DNA of 64,000 nt from an uncultured Planctomycetota bacterium. Lineage in GTDB: Bacteria; Planctomycetota; Planctomycetia; Gemmatales; Gemmataceae. The notes below the pieces were generated by a model, which was not told where the DNA came from, did not search any database, and saw only the letters and a program-made list of their open reading frames with translations. Location of the stretch: contig CAWKHF010000012.1 in NCBI GenBank assembly GCA_963849325.1, positions 1,056,001 to 1,120,000 on the forward strand. The letters run 5' to 3'. Positions 11,201-20,729 of the stretch are shown here, in pieces; position 1 is the first letter of the stretch; each line of letters begins with the position of its first letter. The translations under genes and the position numbers were made by a program.

Positions 11201-11654
11201 GCCGTGGCTGGCCGCTCCGCTGCAGTGGTTGGGCCAATCGCGGTTGGCGTTACGCGGCTATGGCGGAACGAGCGAACCCAATCGCGGCGAGTTTTACAGC
11301 ATGGGCGGCAGCATGTATTTCCGCGGCTTCGACCTGGCCCAGCGCCAGGGCAGTACGATCTGGGTTGGCAGTGCCGAATGGCGTCTGCCGGTGGCTCGCA
11401 ATCTGCACCTGGACGCCTGCGATCACGTCTTCAGCCTGCACAACATCGACGTGGTGCCGTTCTACGACGTCGGCAACGTCTACACCTACGATCACTCCGT
11501 CGGTCCAACCGCTCACGCTGTCGGCGCCAGCTTCCGTTTCGACGTGTCCTGGTTCAGCTTCGTCGAACGCACCCTCCTCCGCTTCGACATCGCCAAGACC
11601 CTGAACGTCAGCTCGCCCATGCAGTTCTGGTTCGGTGTGGGAGTACCGTTCTAA
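8271..11654 (+). CDS. Exported M1-family zinc aminopeptidase fused to a C-terminal Omp85/BamA-like beta-barrel
   Basis: Signal peptide; GNEC (GxMEN-like); HEICH-X18-E; YDKG; C-terminal ~370 aa of alternating aromatic strands with FRGF, EWRLP, FYDVG and a terminal Phe (FGVGVPF); intact 1127 codons. Confidence 0.8.
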   Translation: MRMRLDREHAAGIAALLMLLLATATRVEGGGWRVEGTDNSSPSTLLPPPSTQEWPAWLPRYDVGMDLDLANHCARVVMRATWINPQPIPTRELVFNAHSRYVVPKGDIGITAKTLELLRLAPGDSMGVKNPPCDIQRIALLNSTGPPLPLDFRYDGDTKTTLVVPLPRAVGPGEAVTVMLELTMHLPPKQGRWGQWQGVTTLSNWLPVFAYYGPPRDWPTSTPAPPRPAPTPACTWQPTPFIPWHQPFFNEAAHYRVRAVLPGDQLLACTGNRVATRFLDDGRQEVDIVALGVRDFALLCSARYQVFDGFVPTPQPQASASLHPPRPAADADTLHAPRPLDNSSSPPTPLPRSGEEGGHFLPSPPLRGRGVGGEGAAHGVHIRVLAFPEHEYYAREMVRIATEAITAYSKWFGPYPWPEFTIAEAFFGWNGNECSTLVMIDERIFAMPHLAGNFVDYLVSHEICHQWWYNQVGTNGYCETWMDEGLATYFSHRLLNAKVGKNNNLMTYPKGLGWIPNIPRETYRSYGLYGALGRGDNGPIVRPMSGFGHVANLFSMTYDKGSRIVGLIEDRLGPEAFLDFMRVVFHRYRYRILRVADFQHELEAYTGRSWDEFFRNWLYGPGVSDWGIEKVQVQAPPKCAAGKPTRGSPCRDPQSTRVTVFLRQKADINEQTVLGIALPGQQGYPIRIPILPRAEAYDADEPPAHVEPLGDTCVRVDLWLSEAPAQIAVDPDQILVDRNPANNFWKAPVRYRVTPVYTFLEETDITTAYDRWNVIIGPWIYGTAYYDAWYTRTTATMVGFRAGLYRTQTFAGGVYTGYRTDYRDVVAGVDGLFDHFPDSHFQVGFDFEQRLAQVLPGQIDAKRGVLFGRYIFKYGSSLYYPPMEFMESFVTYQDNFLPFVANPTIQGVRFDNTTSAGFHYRKDYLTPYWNPEGGFRFDVWYEGGVAMQPQTVGMQKFSSQFSFVQTLPDFSDAVAGLPWLAAPLQWLGQSRLALRGYGGTSEPNRGEFYSMGGSMYFRGFDLAQRQGSTIWVGSAEWRLPVARNLHLDACDHVFSLHNIDVVPFYDVGNVYTYDHSVGPTAHAVGASFRFDVSWFSFVERTLLRFDIAKTLNVSSPMQFWFGVGVPF
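8347..8424. repeat. Inverted heptamer repeat (GGGTGGA)n...(TCCACCC)n inside the CDS
   Basis: gggtggagggtggaggttggagggtggaggga ... tccctccacccttctccctccaccctccaccc; encodes RVEGGGWRVEG...SPSTLLPPPST. Confidence 0.8.
9301..9393. repeat. REP-like nested palindrome (CCCCTCTCCC family) inside the CDS
   Basis: cctcaccccccacccctctcccccgaagcggggaagagggg ... cccctctcccccgcttcgggggagaggggtggggggtgagg; encodes SPPTPLPRSGEEG...PSPPLRGRGVGGEG. Confidence 0.85.
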
Positions 11655-11656
11655 AA

Positions 11657-11788
11657 AGGGAATAGGGAATAGGGAATAGGGAATAGGGAATAGGGGCGTG
11701 GCATCTTCTCTCGCCCCTATTCCCTATTCCCTATTCCCTATTCCCTATTCCCTATTCCCTATTCCCTATTCCCTATTCCCTATTCCCT
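11657..11788. repeat. Inverted tandem heptamer array (AGGGAAT)5 - spacer - (ATTCCCT)10 between convergent genes
   Basis: Directly visible perfect repeats; fills almost the whole intergenic region; can fold into a long hairpin. Confidence 0.97.
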
Positions 11789-12064
11789 TTATTTGCCGGG
11801 TATCACGGCGATGGAGCCGGTCTCGGAGACGTAGATGAGGTTGCCGTTCTCCTCATCCTTGTAGACCTCGATGCCGTACTTCTTGGTGTCCTTGTTGAAA
11901 TCGTATTCGCTGAACTTGCGCGATTTGAGGTTGAAGCCGTGCAGCCAGGTCGGCGCCTTGACCTTGTTGTCGGCGGCGCGAACGAACGGCAGATGCGGCG
12001 CCAGGAACAGGCCGAGCAGGAAGCACACCAGGGCGAGAAGGGGGACGCGCACGCGATGGGACAT
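11789..12064 (-). CDS. Small secreted hypothetical protein (91 aa)
   Basis: Signal peptide MSHRVRVPLLALVCFLLGLFLAP; compact domain APTWLHGFNLK...GIEVYKDEENGNLIYVSETGSIAV; GAGG RBS. Confidence 0.75.
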   Translation of the reverse strand: MSHRVRVPLLALVCFLLGLFLAPHLPFVRAADNKVKAPTWLHGFNLKSRKFSEYDFNKDTKKYGIEVYKDEENGNLIYVSETGSIAVIPGK

Positions 12065-12227
12065 GATGGACCTCTCGTGAAAGACAGCCCGAAACAGCCG
12101 CGGGGACATCCCGCAAGGCAAAAGGACGATTCAGCGCCGCCGGACTAACGGCGTTTCGCAACGTCCAGAGGAAGGGTAGCAATTGGGTGGCTGTTGTCCA
12201 CGCGAGCGGCCGGCCCGCGCCGGACGC

Positions 12228-13028
12228 CTAGTAGCCTTCGTCGGCGAGTCGGCGCACGAGGGCGGCGTAATGACCCAGGCGATCCGCTTGCCGCCGCACC
12301 GAGATCCACGAGTGCGTCCAGTTGATGAGATTCAAGTGATCGCCGTCCCAGACGGTGCAATCCGCGCCCCAGCGGGCGGAGGCGACGGAGACGATGCCGT
12401 CGTTAGGCCCTTCCGAGCTGGCGAGGATGCGCGCGGGAACCTGCCATTCCGGGGCCAACCAGTGCAGGGCGAAATCGCCCGCCACGGAGAAGTAACGTAC
12501 ACCCGGCGCGTCGGGCGTCTGTCGGTTGAACTCGGCACAGTGCGCGACCGTCAGGTCGAAGAAGGCCTGGTACGGCACGTTGGCGAACTCGAACAGCGGT
12601 AGCAGGAGGCGCGTCAGCCGGCGCAGTCCCCAGTCGGCGAAGGGCGTGCCGCGGTGCGGCGTACCCAGCGTCGTCAACGTCAGCACCCGAGACACCATTC
12701 CCAGGCGCGAGATGAGATAGCGCGAATCGAGTCCGCCCATACTGTGGGCGATCAGGTGGACCGGCTCGGCCGGCGACTCGCGGTCCAGCAACACCTTGAG
12801 TTGCCGAGCGCGGTCGGCGATGCCGCGCGTCGGACTCAAGGAGGCGACCAGCACGCGATTGCCCGCCGACCGCAGCGCTTCAGGGATATTCTGGAAGTAA
12901 TGGGCGACCAGCCACGGCCCGACGCGCAAGCTATCGAAACCGAACAGGCCATGCACCAACACGATCGGCGCACGCAGCCGAGGGATGGGTTTCACTGCGG
13001 GCGTCGAGGGGACCAGGAGGGCGGACAT
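12228..13028 (-). CDS. Triacylglycerol lipase-like alpha/beta hydrolase
   Basis: [17 protein letters not shown] nucleophile elbow, TPHRGT, NDGIV, DHL. Confidence 0.88.
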   Translation of the reverse strand: MSALLVPSTPAVKPIPRLRAPIVLVHGLFGFDSLRVGPWLVAHYFQNIPEALRSAGNRVLVASLSPTRGIADRARQLKVLLDRESPAEPVHLIAHSMGGLDSRYLISRLGMVSRVLTLTTLGTPHRGTPFADWGLRRLTRLLLPLFEFANVPYQAFFDLTVAHCAEFNRQTPDAPGVRYFSVAGDFALHWLAPEWQVPARILASSEGPNDGIVSVASARWGADCTVWDGDHLNLINWTHSWISVRRQADRLGHYAALVRRLADEGY

Positions 13029-13227
13029 CGGGCGCTTGCCTTTGTCGGGACGACGAACTTTCGCGGATTCTCCCTCTATTCTAGCCCAGGGAATGAGCCG
13101 GTTCCAGCGCGACGCCCGCCCCGATGCACGAACCACGATTTGCGAAGGACGAATTTGCCGTCTGCCCATCAGCCCACTACGATCATCAGGGATTCGAGCT
13201 TTCGTCCGTCCACCCGAGGGAACAATC

Positions 13228-14520
13228 ATGGCCTGGAGCAAGGCGGAACCCGGCAAGACGCGGATCGGCTGGATCGGCACCGGCGTCATGGGCCGATGGA
13301 TGTGCCATCACCTGATGGCGAAGGGTTATTCGGCCACGGTCTACAACCGCAGCCGCGACAAGGCCAAGGCGCTGCTCGACGGCGGCGCCGCCTGGGCCGA
13401 CACGCCGCGAGCGGTAGCCGAGCGCTCCGACGTGGTCTTCGCCATCGTCGGCTTCCCGGTGGACGTGCGCGAGGTCTTTCTCGGCCCGCAAGGAGCGCTG
13501 GCCGGCGGCAAGGCCGGCTCGGTGCTGGTGGACATGACCACCAGCGAGCCGTCGCTGGCCCGTGAGATTTACGAAGCGGCGAAAGCGAAGGGCGCCGGCA
13601 GCGTGGACGCTCCGGTCTCCGGCGGCGACGTCGGAGCGAAGGAAGCGCGGCTATCGATCATGGTCGGCGGCGACGCCGAGGTGGTCGAGGCCGTTCGTCC
13701 GCTGCTGGAGTGCATGGGCAAGACCATCGTGCATCAAGGTCCGGCCGGTGCCGGCCAGCACACCAAGATGGTCAATCAAGTCCTCATCGCCACCAACATG
13801 ATCGGTGTGTGCGAGGCCCTGCTGTACGGCCACAAGGCGGGTCTGGACCTCAAAACCGTCCTGCAATCGGTCGGCGGCGGCGCGGCGGCGAGCTGGTCGC
13901 TGAACAACCTCGGCCCGCGCATCATCGAGCGCAATTTCGAGCCGGGCTTCTTCGTCGAACACTTCATCAAGGACATGGGTATCGCCCTGGAAGAAGCCAA
14001 GCGCATGAACCTGTCGCTGCCGGGCCTCGCCCTGGCCAACCAGCTGTACCTCGCGGTGCAGGCGCAGGGCTACGGCAAAAAGGGGACCCATGCGCTGATG
14101 CTGGCACTGGAGCACCTGTCGGGGATCAAACACTACGCGCAAGGTCCAGGGAACATACAAAAGCTCTGGGCATCGCAAACAAATGTCGGGATTGCGGGTA
14201 GTTCCCTAATCAGCCGGGATGCTTTCGACTCCGTAGAGTTTGAAAATCAGCGAGTCGATTCGCTGTTCGTGCGATTCGATCGTACGTTCCAACTGTTCGC
14301 GCTGCCGGTCTCCCAGCCCATGCGCCGTCAATTTCGTCTTGATCTCCCCAATGGCTTGCGACCGGTCAGCGATCTCATCTGCCACACCTCTCTCGGCCTT
14401 GGTCTCCGGCACCTTGATCGGCATGGATTCGATGAACTGTTTGTTTGCGGGGAAGTAGCCGCTGTGGAAGTGGTTGCTCTTGCGCCGGAGGTAGTAGTCG
14501 AGGAGTTGGCTGTTCAGTAG
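13228..14520 (+). CDS. NAD(P)-dependent beta-hydroxyacid dehydrogenase (3-hydroxyisobutyrate DH / tartronate semialdehyde reductase family); homology ends ~14135 but the ORF reads on
   Basis: [41 protein letters not shown]. Confidence 0.9.
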   Translation: MAWSKAEPGKTRIGWIGTGVMGRWMCHHLMAKGYSATVYNRSRDKAKALLDGGAAWADTPRAVAERSDVVFAIVGFPVDVREVFLGPQGALAGGKAGSVLVDMTTSEPSLAREIYEAAKAKGAGSVDAPVSGGDVGAKEARLSIMVGGDAEVVEAVRPLLECMGKTIVHQGPAGAGQHTKMVNQVLIATNMIGVCEALLYGHKAGLDLKTVLQSVGGGAAASWSLNNLGPRIIERNFEPGFFVEHFIKDMGIALEEAKRMNLSLPGLALANQLYLAVQAQGYGKKGTHALMLALEHLSGIKHYAQGPGNIQKLWASQTNVGIAGSSLISRDAFDSVEFENQRVDSLFVRFDRTFQLFALPVSQPMRRQFRLDLPNGLRPVSDLICHTSLGLGLRHLDRHGFDELFVCGEVAAVEVVALAPEVVVEELAVQ

Positions 14521-17410
14521 GCCGACGATGTACAGGTGCCAGTTCGGCAGATCGCACTCGCGCAGTTCCAGCCCGTACCCGCCCGTAGTCACATTCACAA
14601 AGAAGAACCCCTTGGCATCCCAGACGGCTTGAAGCCGGTTTATCATATACGGCACGAGAACCTTCTGGCCGAGCCAGCGTTCAATGTTCTGGCCGCGCGA
14701 CAGAGACCACCAGCAGTCCTTGAACCGCCCATCTTCACGATCTTCCAGTTTTTCCTTGAATCGATTGAGGTAATCCCACGTCCCGCCAAAGCGTGTCCTC
14801 ATCGTTTTCTCGTTGTATAGCCGTCCATTGGAGTCATAGGGCAGGATGAGGGCATGACTGGCATTGGCGATGTAAGACTGGAACCCCTCACGGCGCACCA
14901 CCGGGACTACGATTTCCCTTTCGATTTCAACCGGCAGGCCCACGGCAACCGAGTGGAAAGACACCAGGGACGATTTACCAGTAACGGGGTTGCAGTTGCC
15001 CGAAAGAAAAATGTCATCGGCGCCAGTCACGATGCCCTGGAAGATGTTTGAACAAATGTTGGGGAAGAGAGGAACACCAGTTTTTTCAAGCGACTTCAGG
15101 AATTGCCGGTGAGACTCAGGGTGGAAAAACCATGGCCTATCATCCTCGGGATGAGGGGTCAGAAACCGTTCGGTTCCAGGCGGCACCTCGCCGGAGTCGA
15201 TGGCCCGGCACTGCGATTCGCCGTCAGTCAGTTGGGCTACGCGGGCGTAGTCAACGCCTTTCACGTTCCGCGCTTTGGAAAAAACTTGGATGGCCGTATA
15301 GGTCGTCACATCGCGGAACACCTGCTGGTCCGTGAAGTCGATCAGTGACCGAATCATCCTTCCGTCCGCGAGAACCCTCCGAAGGCCCCGGCCGTATTTC
15401 AACTGCCAGAACTTGTGCGGGCAGATGAAGCCCAGGAGACCATCGTCTGCGAGCAGGTCCAAGCACCGTTTGATGAAGATTACATAGATGTCATAGCTGC
15501 CTAGGGCCACGGAATCATATTTCCACTTGTAGAAGCCGAATTCTTCCGGAGCCCACTCGTTCAACTCTTGGGCACGGATATAGGGAGGGTTGCCGATGAT
15601 GCAGTCGAATCCCCGACCAGTCGCTAGCAAGCGACCGAACCCTCTGGTAGGGCTGTTCCAGTCAAAAGCGTTGAGCCGGAACAACACGTCTTCGTCGGCG
15701 GCAAACAGCGCCCCGTGCCTGCCCTGCCAGTAGTCCTCGAAGTCTTTCTGGGAAAGCAGGCTGTTCCCACAGCGAATGTTGTTGTCGAGGTTCGGCAGAA
15801 GCCTTGTATCGAGCCACCACTCCCTTTGCCAGTCCGGCGGCAGTTTCCCCTCCAGTGTTTTAAGGTAAAGGCTCATGATGGTGACTTCGACGGCCTGAGC
15901 GTCGATATCAACGCCGTGAATACACGACGTCAGCAGTTGCGATCGGAACTCGGGTCTCAAATGCCAGGTGCCATCCGGTTCCTGGAAGGCGATTTTCTGC
16001 TTGTGCTTCCGGGCACGCGAAGACGCCGGCATCTCTGCCGTCTCCGGGTGCTTGGCGATGTATCCGGTACAATAGTCCATGAGATACTGGAAGGCGGCGA
16101 TGAGGAAGGATCCAGATCCGCTAGCTGAGTCCAAGAGCTTGACGTTGAGAACTTCCTGGGGCGTCTTACCCTTGACTTTCGACCCCACGACGCGGCGGAT
16201 GATAGTGTCAGCGATGAAGCGCGGCGTGTAGTACACTCCCCCGGCGTGACGGACTTCGGGCTTCTCCTGTGCGTCCACAATTCCGTTCTTCACGGTAATG
16301 GTCCGACCCAGGAACCGCTCGTAGATGATGCCTAGCAGGTCATCGCCTATCATGCTGAACTGGTAAGGCCCTTCGGGAGGGTAGAGAGAGCGGATGAAGT
16401 CAGCGAGCAGGTGGGGCGAGATGACAAGCTCTTCGCTGAAGTGCGGCTTGAAAATATAGCCGTTGTACTGCCGGTCGAAATGCCGGAAGTGTTCAAGGAG
16501 CAGCGCGTAGAGGTCAACGTCGTTCTCGCTGGCTTCGTTCAGGATGCGCCGGAGTTCGTTCGGCTTGCTGATTCCGCGGTCCTCGCAGACGCGCACGAAG
16601 ACCAGACGGTCGATGAGACGCTGGCAGGCTTCCGTCAGCTTGGCGGCACCGTGCAGGGTGTCCGCTTCCGGGAAATGCCGTCGGTTTTCCTGGTAGAGTT
16701 CGCGGGCGAACCGAAGTCGGTAATCCTCCAGATGGGCCAAGAAGTCGCGGTCCACCGGCTCTGTTCCGCGCAAGTCGAATAGCAATCGGTCAATGCCACG
16801 GACGCGACGGCCCGCACGGACGCGCTTGATGCGGGCCAGCAATTGCTCCAGCGAACCGTCGGCTACCGCGTCACGGCCGAAGGTCTCGCGGATTACGTCC
16901 CACTGCGAGAGGTAATCCTCGAAGCGCAGGTCAAAATCGACGACGAGGCCACGGCCAGGTTCGGAGTGATAGGGCTTGAGCGTGGCATCGAAGAGGCGGA
17001 ACCGCTCGAAGTTGGTCAGCACCGCGAACGGGATCTGAGCGCCTCCAGGCGTAAGTCTTGGCCTGGAAGATGGCGTCCCGATCCGCGGCGATGTCGAGAG
17101 CAGCCTTCTTGGCTTCCACGATAAACCGCGCGAAGCCATCGATGCGGAACAGGTAGTCAGGGCGGCCCGAGTGGGTTCCTTCCTCCTCAATGGTCATCAC
17201 TGGAGCCTCAACCACCACGTCTTTCTCGGCGGACGAGCGGTGGTGCCGATTGGCAACGTCCCAGCCGAGCGCTTTCCAGTACGGGTCGATGTACTCCAGC
17301 CGGATCGTGGCTTCGAGGGTCTGGGGTTCGCGGAGGGAGAGCAGGTTGGACCGAAAACCGTCCACAAGATCCTGGATCTGCTCAACGTCTGTCTTTTCTG
17401 TGATTGCCAT
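14206..17410 (-). CDS. Type IIG fused restriction-modification enzyme (PD-ExK nuclease + N6-adenine MTase + TRD), one frameshift near 17045
   Basis: RPDYLF...VEAKK nuclease motif; [18 protein letters not shown] (motif I); [24 protein letters not shown]-terminal GLLNSQLL...[10 protein letters not shown]; visibly lower GC than flanks. Confidence 0.88.
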
Positions 17411-17583
17411 AGCAGGAAGGTAATGGAGTCTACCGGAGCAGTCAAACAAAACCTGCAAACATGTCGCCTGCTAGCACGTCGAAAGCGACGGGTTGCGATG
17501 GGGCCATCTTTACGCGCAATGGTGCAGTGGTTCACGGCGTTATAGATGATGCTTAAACTTGGACCTGTTTGTTGGATAGCCCC

Positions 17584-18480
17584 TTAAATCTGGCCTACCC
17601 ACTCAGGTTCGGCCGCCTCGTGCCAGCGGACCCGGATCGCCTCGAACTTTTCCTGCGGCAGCGGCCCCGCCGCCAGCAGTTCGGCGTTCTCGCGCCAGCG
17701 CTTGGGGTTCTTCGTGCCGACGATGGCCGTGTGGACGCCGGGGACGCTCAGCGTGAAGCGCAGGGCGATCGAGGCCGCCTGCCGAATATCGCCGCCCAGG
17801 AAGTCGTAGCCAAGTTTTTGCAAGCGCTCCCAGTACGGCAGGTGGTAGTCGCTTTGCGGCTTCGCGGCTTGTCTCCATACGGCGTTGGCGATCGGCCTCT
17901 TGGCGATGACACCGATCTGTCGCTCGAGCGCCAGAGGCAGGGTCAACTCGATGGACTCTTGATCGGCGATGCTGACCGAGGTTTGCAGCGTGTCGAAGCG
18001 TCCGCACTCGATGGCGTAGCGAGCGGCGCCGCCGTCGCCGCTGTAGCCGATGTAACGAGTGTGACCTTTCTGCCGCGCCTGTTCGAGGGCGGCGATGACA
18101 TCGCCCCGGTGCAGCTCCTCCTCGGAGCAGCTGTGCAACTGCACCAGGTCGAGGTGATCGGTGCGCAGTCGCCGCAGACTGCGCTCGATGCTCTGCCGTA
18201 GCGATTCCGGCCGCCAATCGCCGACGCCCGGCGTATCGGGATGGCCGCACTTGCTGAACAGGTAAAAATCCTTGCGCCGGCTGGACACCGCCTCTCCGAT
18301 CAGCTCCTCGCTCCGCAGGTAACACTCGGCGGTGTCGATGACGTTCAGTCCGGCGTCGAGGGCGCTGCGGAGCAGGTCGGCGACCGTTTGCGCTGCCGCC
18401 TTCTCAAAACCGATTTCGGCGCCGCCAAAGCCCAGCACGCTCACGCGCATGTCGGTCTTGCCCAGTTGACGCTGTTCCAT
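17584..18480 (-). CDS. Aldo/keto reductase
   Basis: LGKTDMRVSVLGFG, IDTAECY, SEELIG, SLRRLRTDHLDLVQLH. Confidence 0.9.
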   Translation of the reverse strand: MEQRQLGKTDMRVSVLGFGGAEIGFEKAAAQTVADLLRSALDAGLNVIDTAECYLRSEELIGEAVSSRRKDFYLFSKCGHPDTPGVGDWRPESLRQSIERSLRRLRTDHLDLVQLHSCSEEELHRGDVIAALEQARQKGHTRYIGYSGDGGAARYAIECGRFDTLQTSVSIADQESIELTLPLALERQIGVIAKRPIANAVWRQAAKPQSDYHLPYWERLQKLGYDFLGGDIRQAASIALRFTLSVPGVHTAIVGTKNPKRWRENAELLAAGPLPQEKFEAIRVRWHEAAEPEWVGQI

Positions 18481-18575
18481 GACGCTTCTCTCCTGCTCGG
18501 GATGAGGGCGAGTCCGGCCCCGGATCACTCTCACTGTTGTACCGCCCGGCCAATCGGTGGACATGGGGCCGCCAT

Positions 18576-19486
18576 TCACGACGGGGGAGTTTGGTCCGCT
18601 GTCCCGCCGGCGGCGCGGACGCTGGCGAGGAGCGCGACGCCCACGACCATCGCGCCGCCGAGGACCGTGCGCGGAGACGGCACCTCGCCCAGCAGCAGCG
18701 CCGCCAGGGCCGCTCCGTAGACCGGCTCCAGGCAGGCGATCAGGCTCGCCGTCCGCGTCGAGATGCCCCGCAGGCCGGCGATGAACAGTGCATGCGCGAC
18801 CGCTGTACACAGCACGCCGAGGACCGCCAGCAGCAGCACGTCCCGGACGGTGAGCGCCGGCCAGCGGAGGACGACCAGAGGCAGCAGGGCCAGGGCGGCG
18901 AAGACGTCCTGATACAGCGCGATGGTGAGGCTGGAGTGCTGCCGGACGTATTTGCGGTTGAGCAGCGACAACAGCGCGAACGTCAGCCCGGAAGCAACGC
19001 CCCAGAGCACGCCCTGCGTCGGCGCGATCTCCCGTGTCGAAGCTGGGCGTCAAGACGGCGATACCGGCCAGGGCCACGCCGGCGAGGACGACGTCGGCCG
19101 CGTCCAGTCGTTCGCGGAAAAACAACGGCTCCAGAAAGACGACAAAGACCGGAAACGTCGAGTAGGTGATGAGCGCCAGGGCGACGCCGGACGCCTGCAC
19201 GGACTGGAAAAACGTCGTCCAGTGGACGGCCAGCAGGACACCGAGGAAGGCGAAGGCGAGTAGGCTGCGCCGCGGCAGCGGACCAAGGACGTTCTGGCCG
19301 CGCCGCCGAGGCCAGCAGCAGGGTCAGCGACGCGAACCCGACGCGGCCGAAGACGATGACGACCGGCTCCAGAGTCAGGAACTTGCCGAACAAGCCGGCC
19401 AGTCCGAACAACAGAACGGCGGCGTGAATTCGCATCAGGTGGCGCGCGTGAGAGGACACGATGCGCTTTCTCTCATAGCTTACCAA
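18576..19486 (-). CDS. DMT/EamA family transporter (frameshifted; start uncertain)
   Basis: HAAVLLFGLAGLFGK, YSTFPVFVVFLEPLFFRE, LACLEPVYG-like motif, multiple TM helices. Confidence 0.85.
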
Positions 19487-19653
19487 GAAGTAATCATTCT
19501 GCGGTTGTCGCCCGGCGGAGACGGATGTAATCTATGCTCATCACGTTGATTGGGCGACAACGTGATGTCGGCCGGCACCCGCAAGGGAGCCGGCCGATTT
19601 TTTTTCTACCCTCCTCCCAACGAACCCCAACGAGAACGGCGAGGACTTCTCCC

Positions 19654-20691
19654 ATGATCCGCAACGTCGTGGTTCTGTGCTTCGTCCTGGCCGGTGTGAC
19701 GGGGATGAGCACCGCGACCGGCGAGGAAGCGCCGCCCAAGCACTCCAGCGGTCGGCCGCTGCCGAAGATGCCGGTGATCGCCAAGGCGGTGATGTTCAAC
19801 ACCCCCGAAGCCGACCGCATTCTCGCGGCGCTGCAAGTGTTCCCGGCCGACAACCCGTGGAACCGCGACGTCTCCCAATGGCCGCTGCACGCCAACTCGA
19901 AAAAGATCATCGCCTCCATCGGCGCCGACAAGCCCTTTCGCTACAACCCGGACATGAGCTTCATCCTCGTGCCGGCCAATCAGAAGCGGATACCCGTTAA
20001 GATCGTCTCGTACCCCGGCGAGTCGGACAAGGGGCCTTTTCCCGTGCCGGACAACATACCCATCGAAGGCTGGCCGGCCCACTACCGGCGCTCGGCCGTG
20101 CTGCGGGGCTTGAGCCTGGATGACGTGCAGCGCGACCGGCGGAAGGAAAACGGCGATCGTCACGCCCTCGTAGTCGATCCGGTCCAGCGGATGCTGTACG
20201 AGTTTTACCAGGCGCGGAAGACGGACGCCGGCTGGGTGGCCGCACAAGCGTCGGTATTCGACCTGAAGACGAACCAACTGCGGCCGGCGGACTGGACCTC
20301 GGCCGATGCGGCGGGCCTGCCGATCTTTCCCGCCGTGGTGCGCTTCGACGAATTGCAGCGCGGCATGGTCGAGCACGCCCTGCGCGTGACGGTGAAGAGG
20401 ACGCGGAAGGCCTATGTGTATCCGGCCCGCCATTACGCCAGCCGATGGACCGACGAGGATCTGCCGCGTATGGGCGAACGCCTGCGGCTGAAGGTGAATT
20501 ACGACATCTCCGCGTTCTCGCCGCCGGTGCAGGCGATCCTCAAGGGGCTGAAGAAATACGGTATGTTCGTGGCCGACAACGGCATCGATTGGGCCATCTC
20601 GGTCGCCCCGGACGAGCGCATCCCCAGCCTGCACGAGGAGCTGCGCAAGGTCCAAGGCTCCGCGTTCGAAGTGGTGCAGCAGCCCAAATGA
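19654..20691 (+). CDS. Conserved secreted hypothetical protein
   Basis: Signal peptide; motif-rich FPADNPWN, GDRH, WTSADAAGLPIFP, HALR, MGERLRL, LKKYGMFVADNG; intact ORF. Confidence 0.75.
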   Translation: MIRNVVVLCFVLAGVTGMSTATGEEAPPKHSSGRPLPKMPVIAKAVMFNTPEADRILAALQVFPADNPWNRDVSQWPLHANSKKIIASIGADKPFRYNPDMSFILVPANQKRIPVKIVSYPGESDKGPFPVPDNIPIEGWPAHYRRSAVLRGLSLDDVQRDRRKENGDRHALVVDPVQRMLYEFYQARKTDAGWVAAQASVFDLKTNQLRPADWTSADAAGLPIFPAVVRFDELQRGMVEHALRVTVKRTRKAYVYPARHYASRWTDEDLPRMGERLRLKVNYDISAFSPPVQAILKGLKKYGMFVADNGIDWAISVAPDERIPSLHEELRKVQGSAFEVVQQPK

Positions 20692-20729
20692 TACCCTGGC
20701 AAGCGGGGGCGCGAACAAGATTGCGCTAA

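Noticed and set aside
11657-11788. CRISPR array or telomere-like repeat
   Set aside because: 7-bp tandem units without unique spacers; no cas genes; internal intergenic position
14136-14520. C-terminal extension of the dehydrogenase as a real domain or antisense overlap
   Set aside because: It is simply the antisense of the R-M gene; a lost stop codon is more parsimonious
14130-17560. Integrative element or prophage carrying the R-M gene
   Set aside because: No integrase, transposase, tRNA target or flanking direct repeats seen
17584-19200. 538-aa EamA-aldo/keto reductase fusion ORF
   Set aside because: The linker is out-of-frame EamA sequence; the reductase has its own RBS and ATG at 18480
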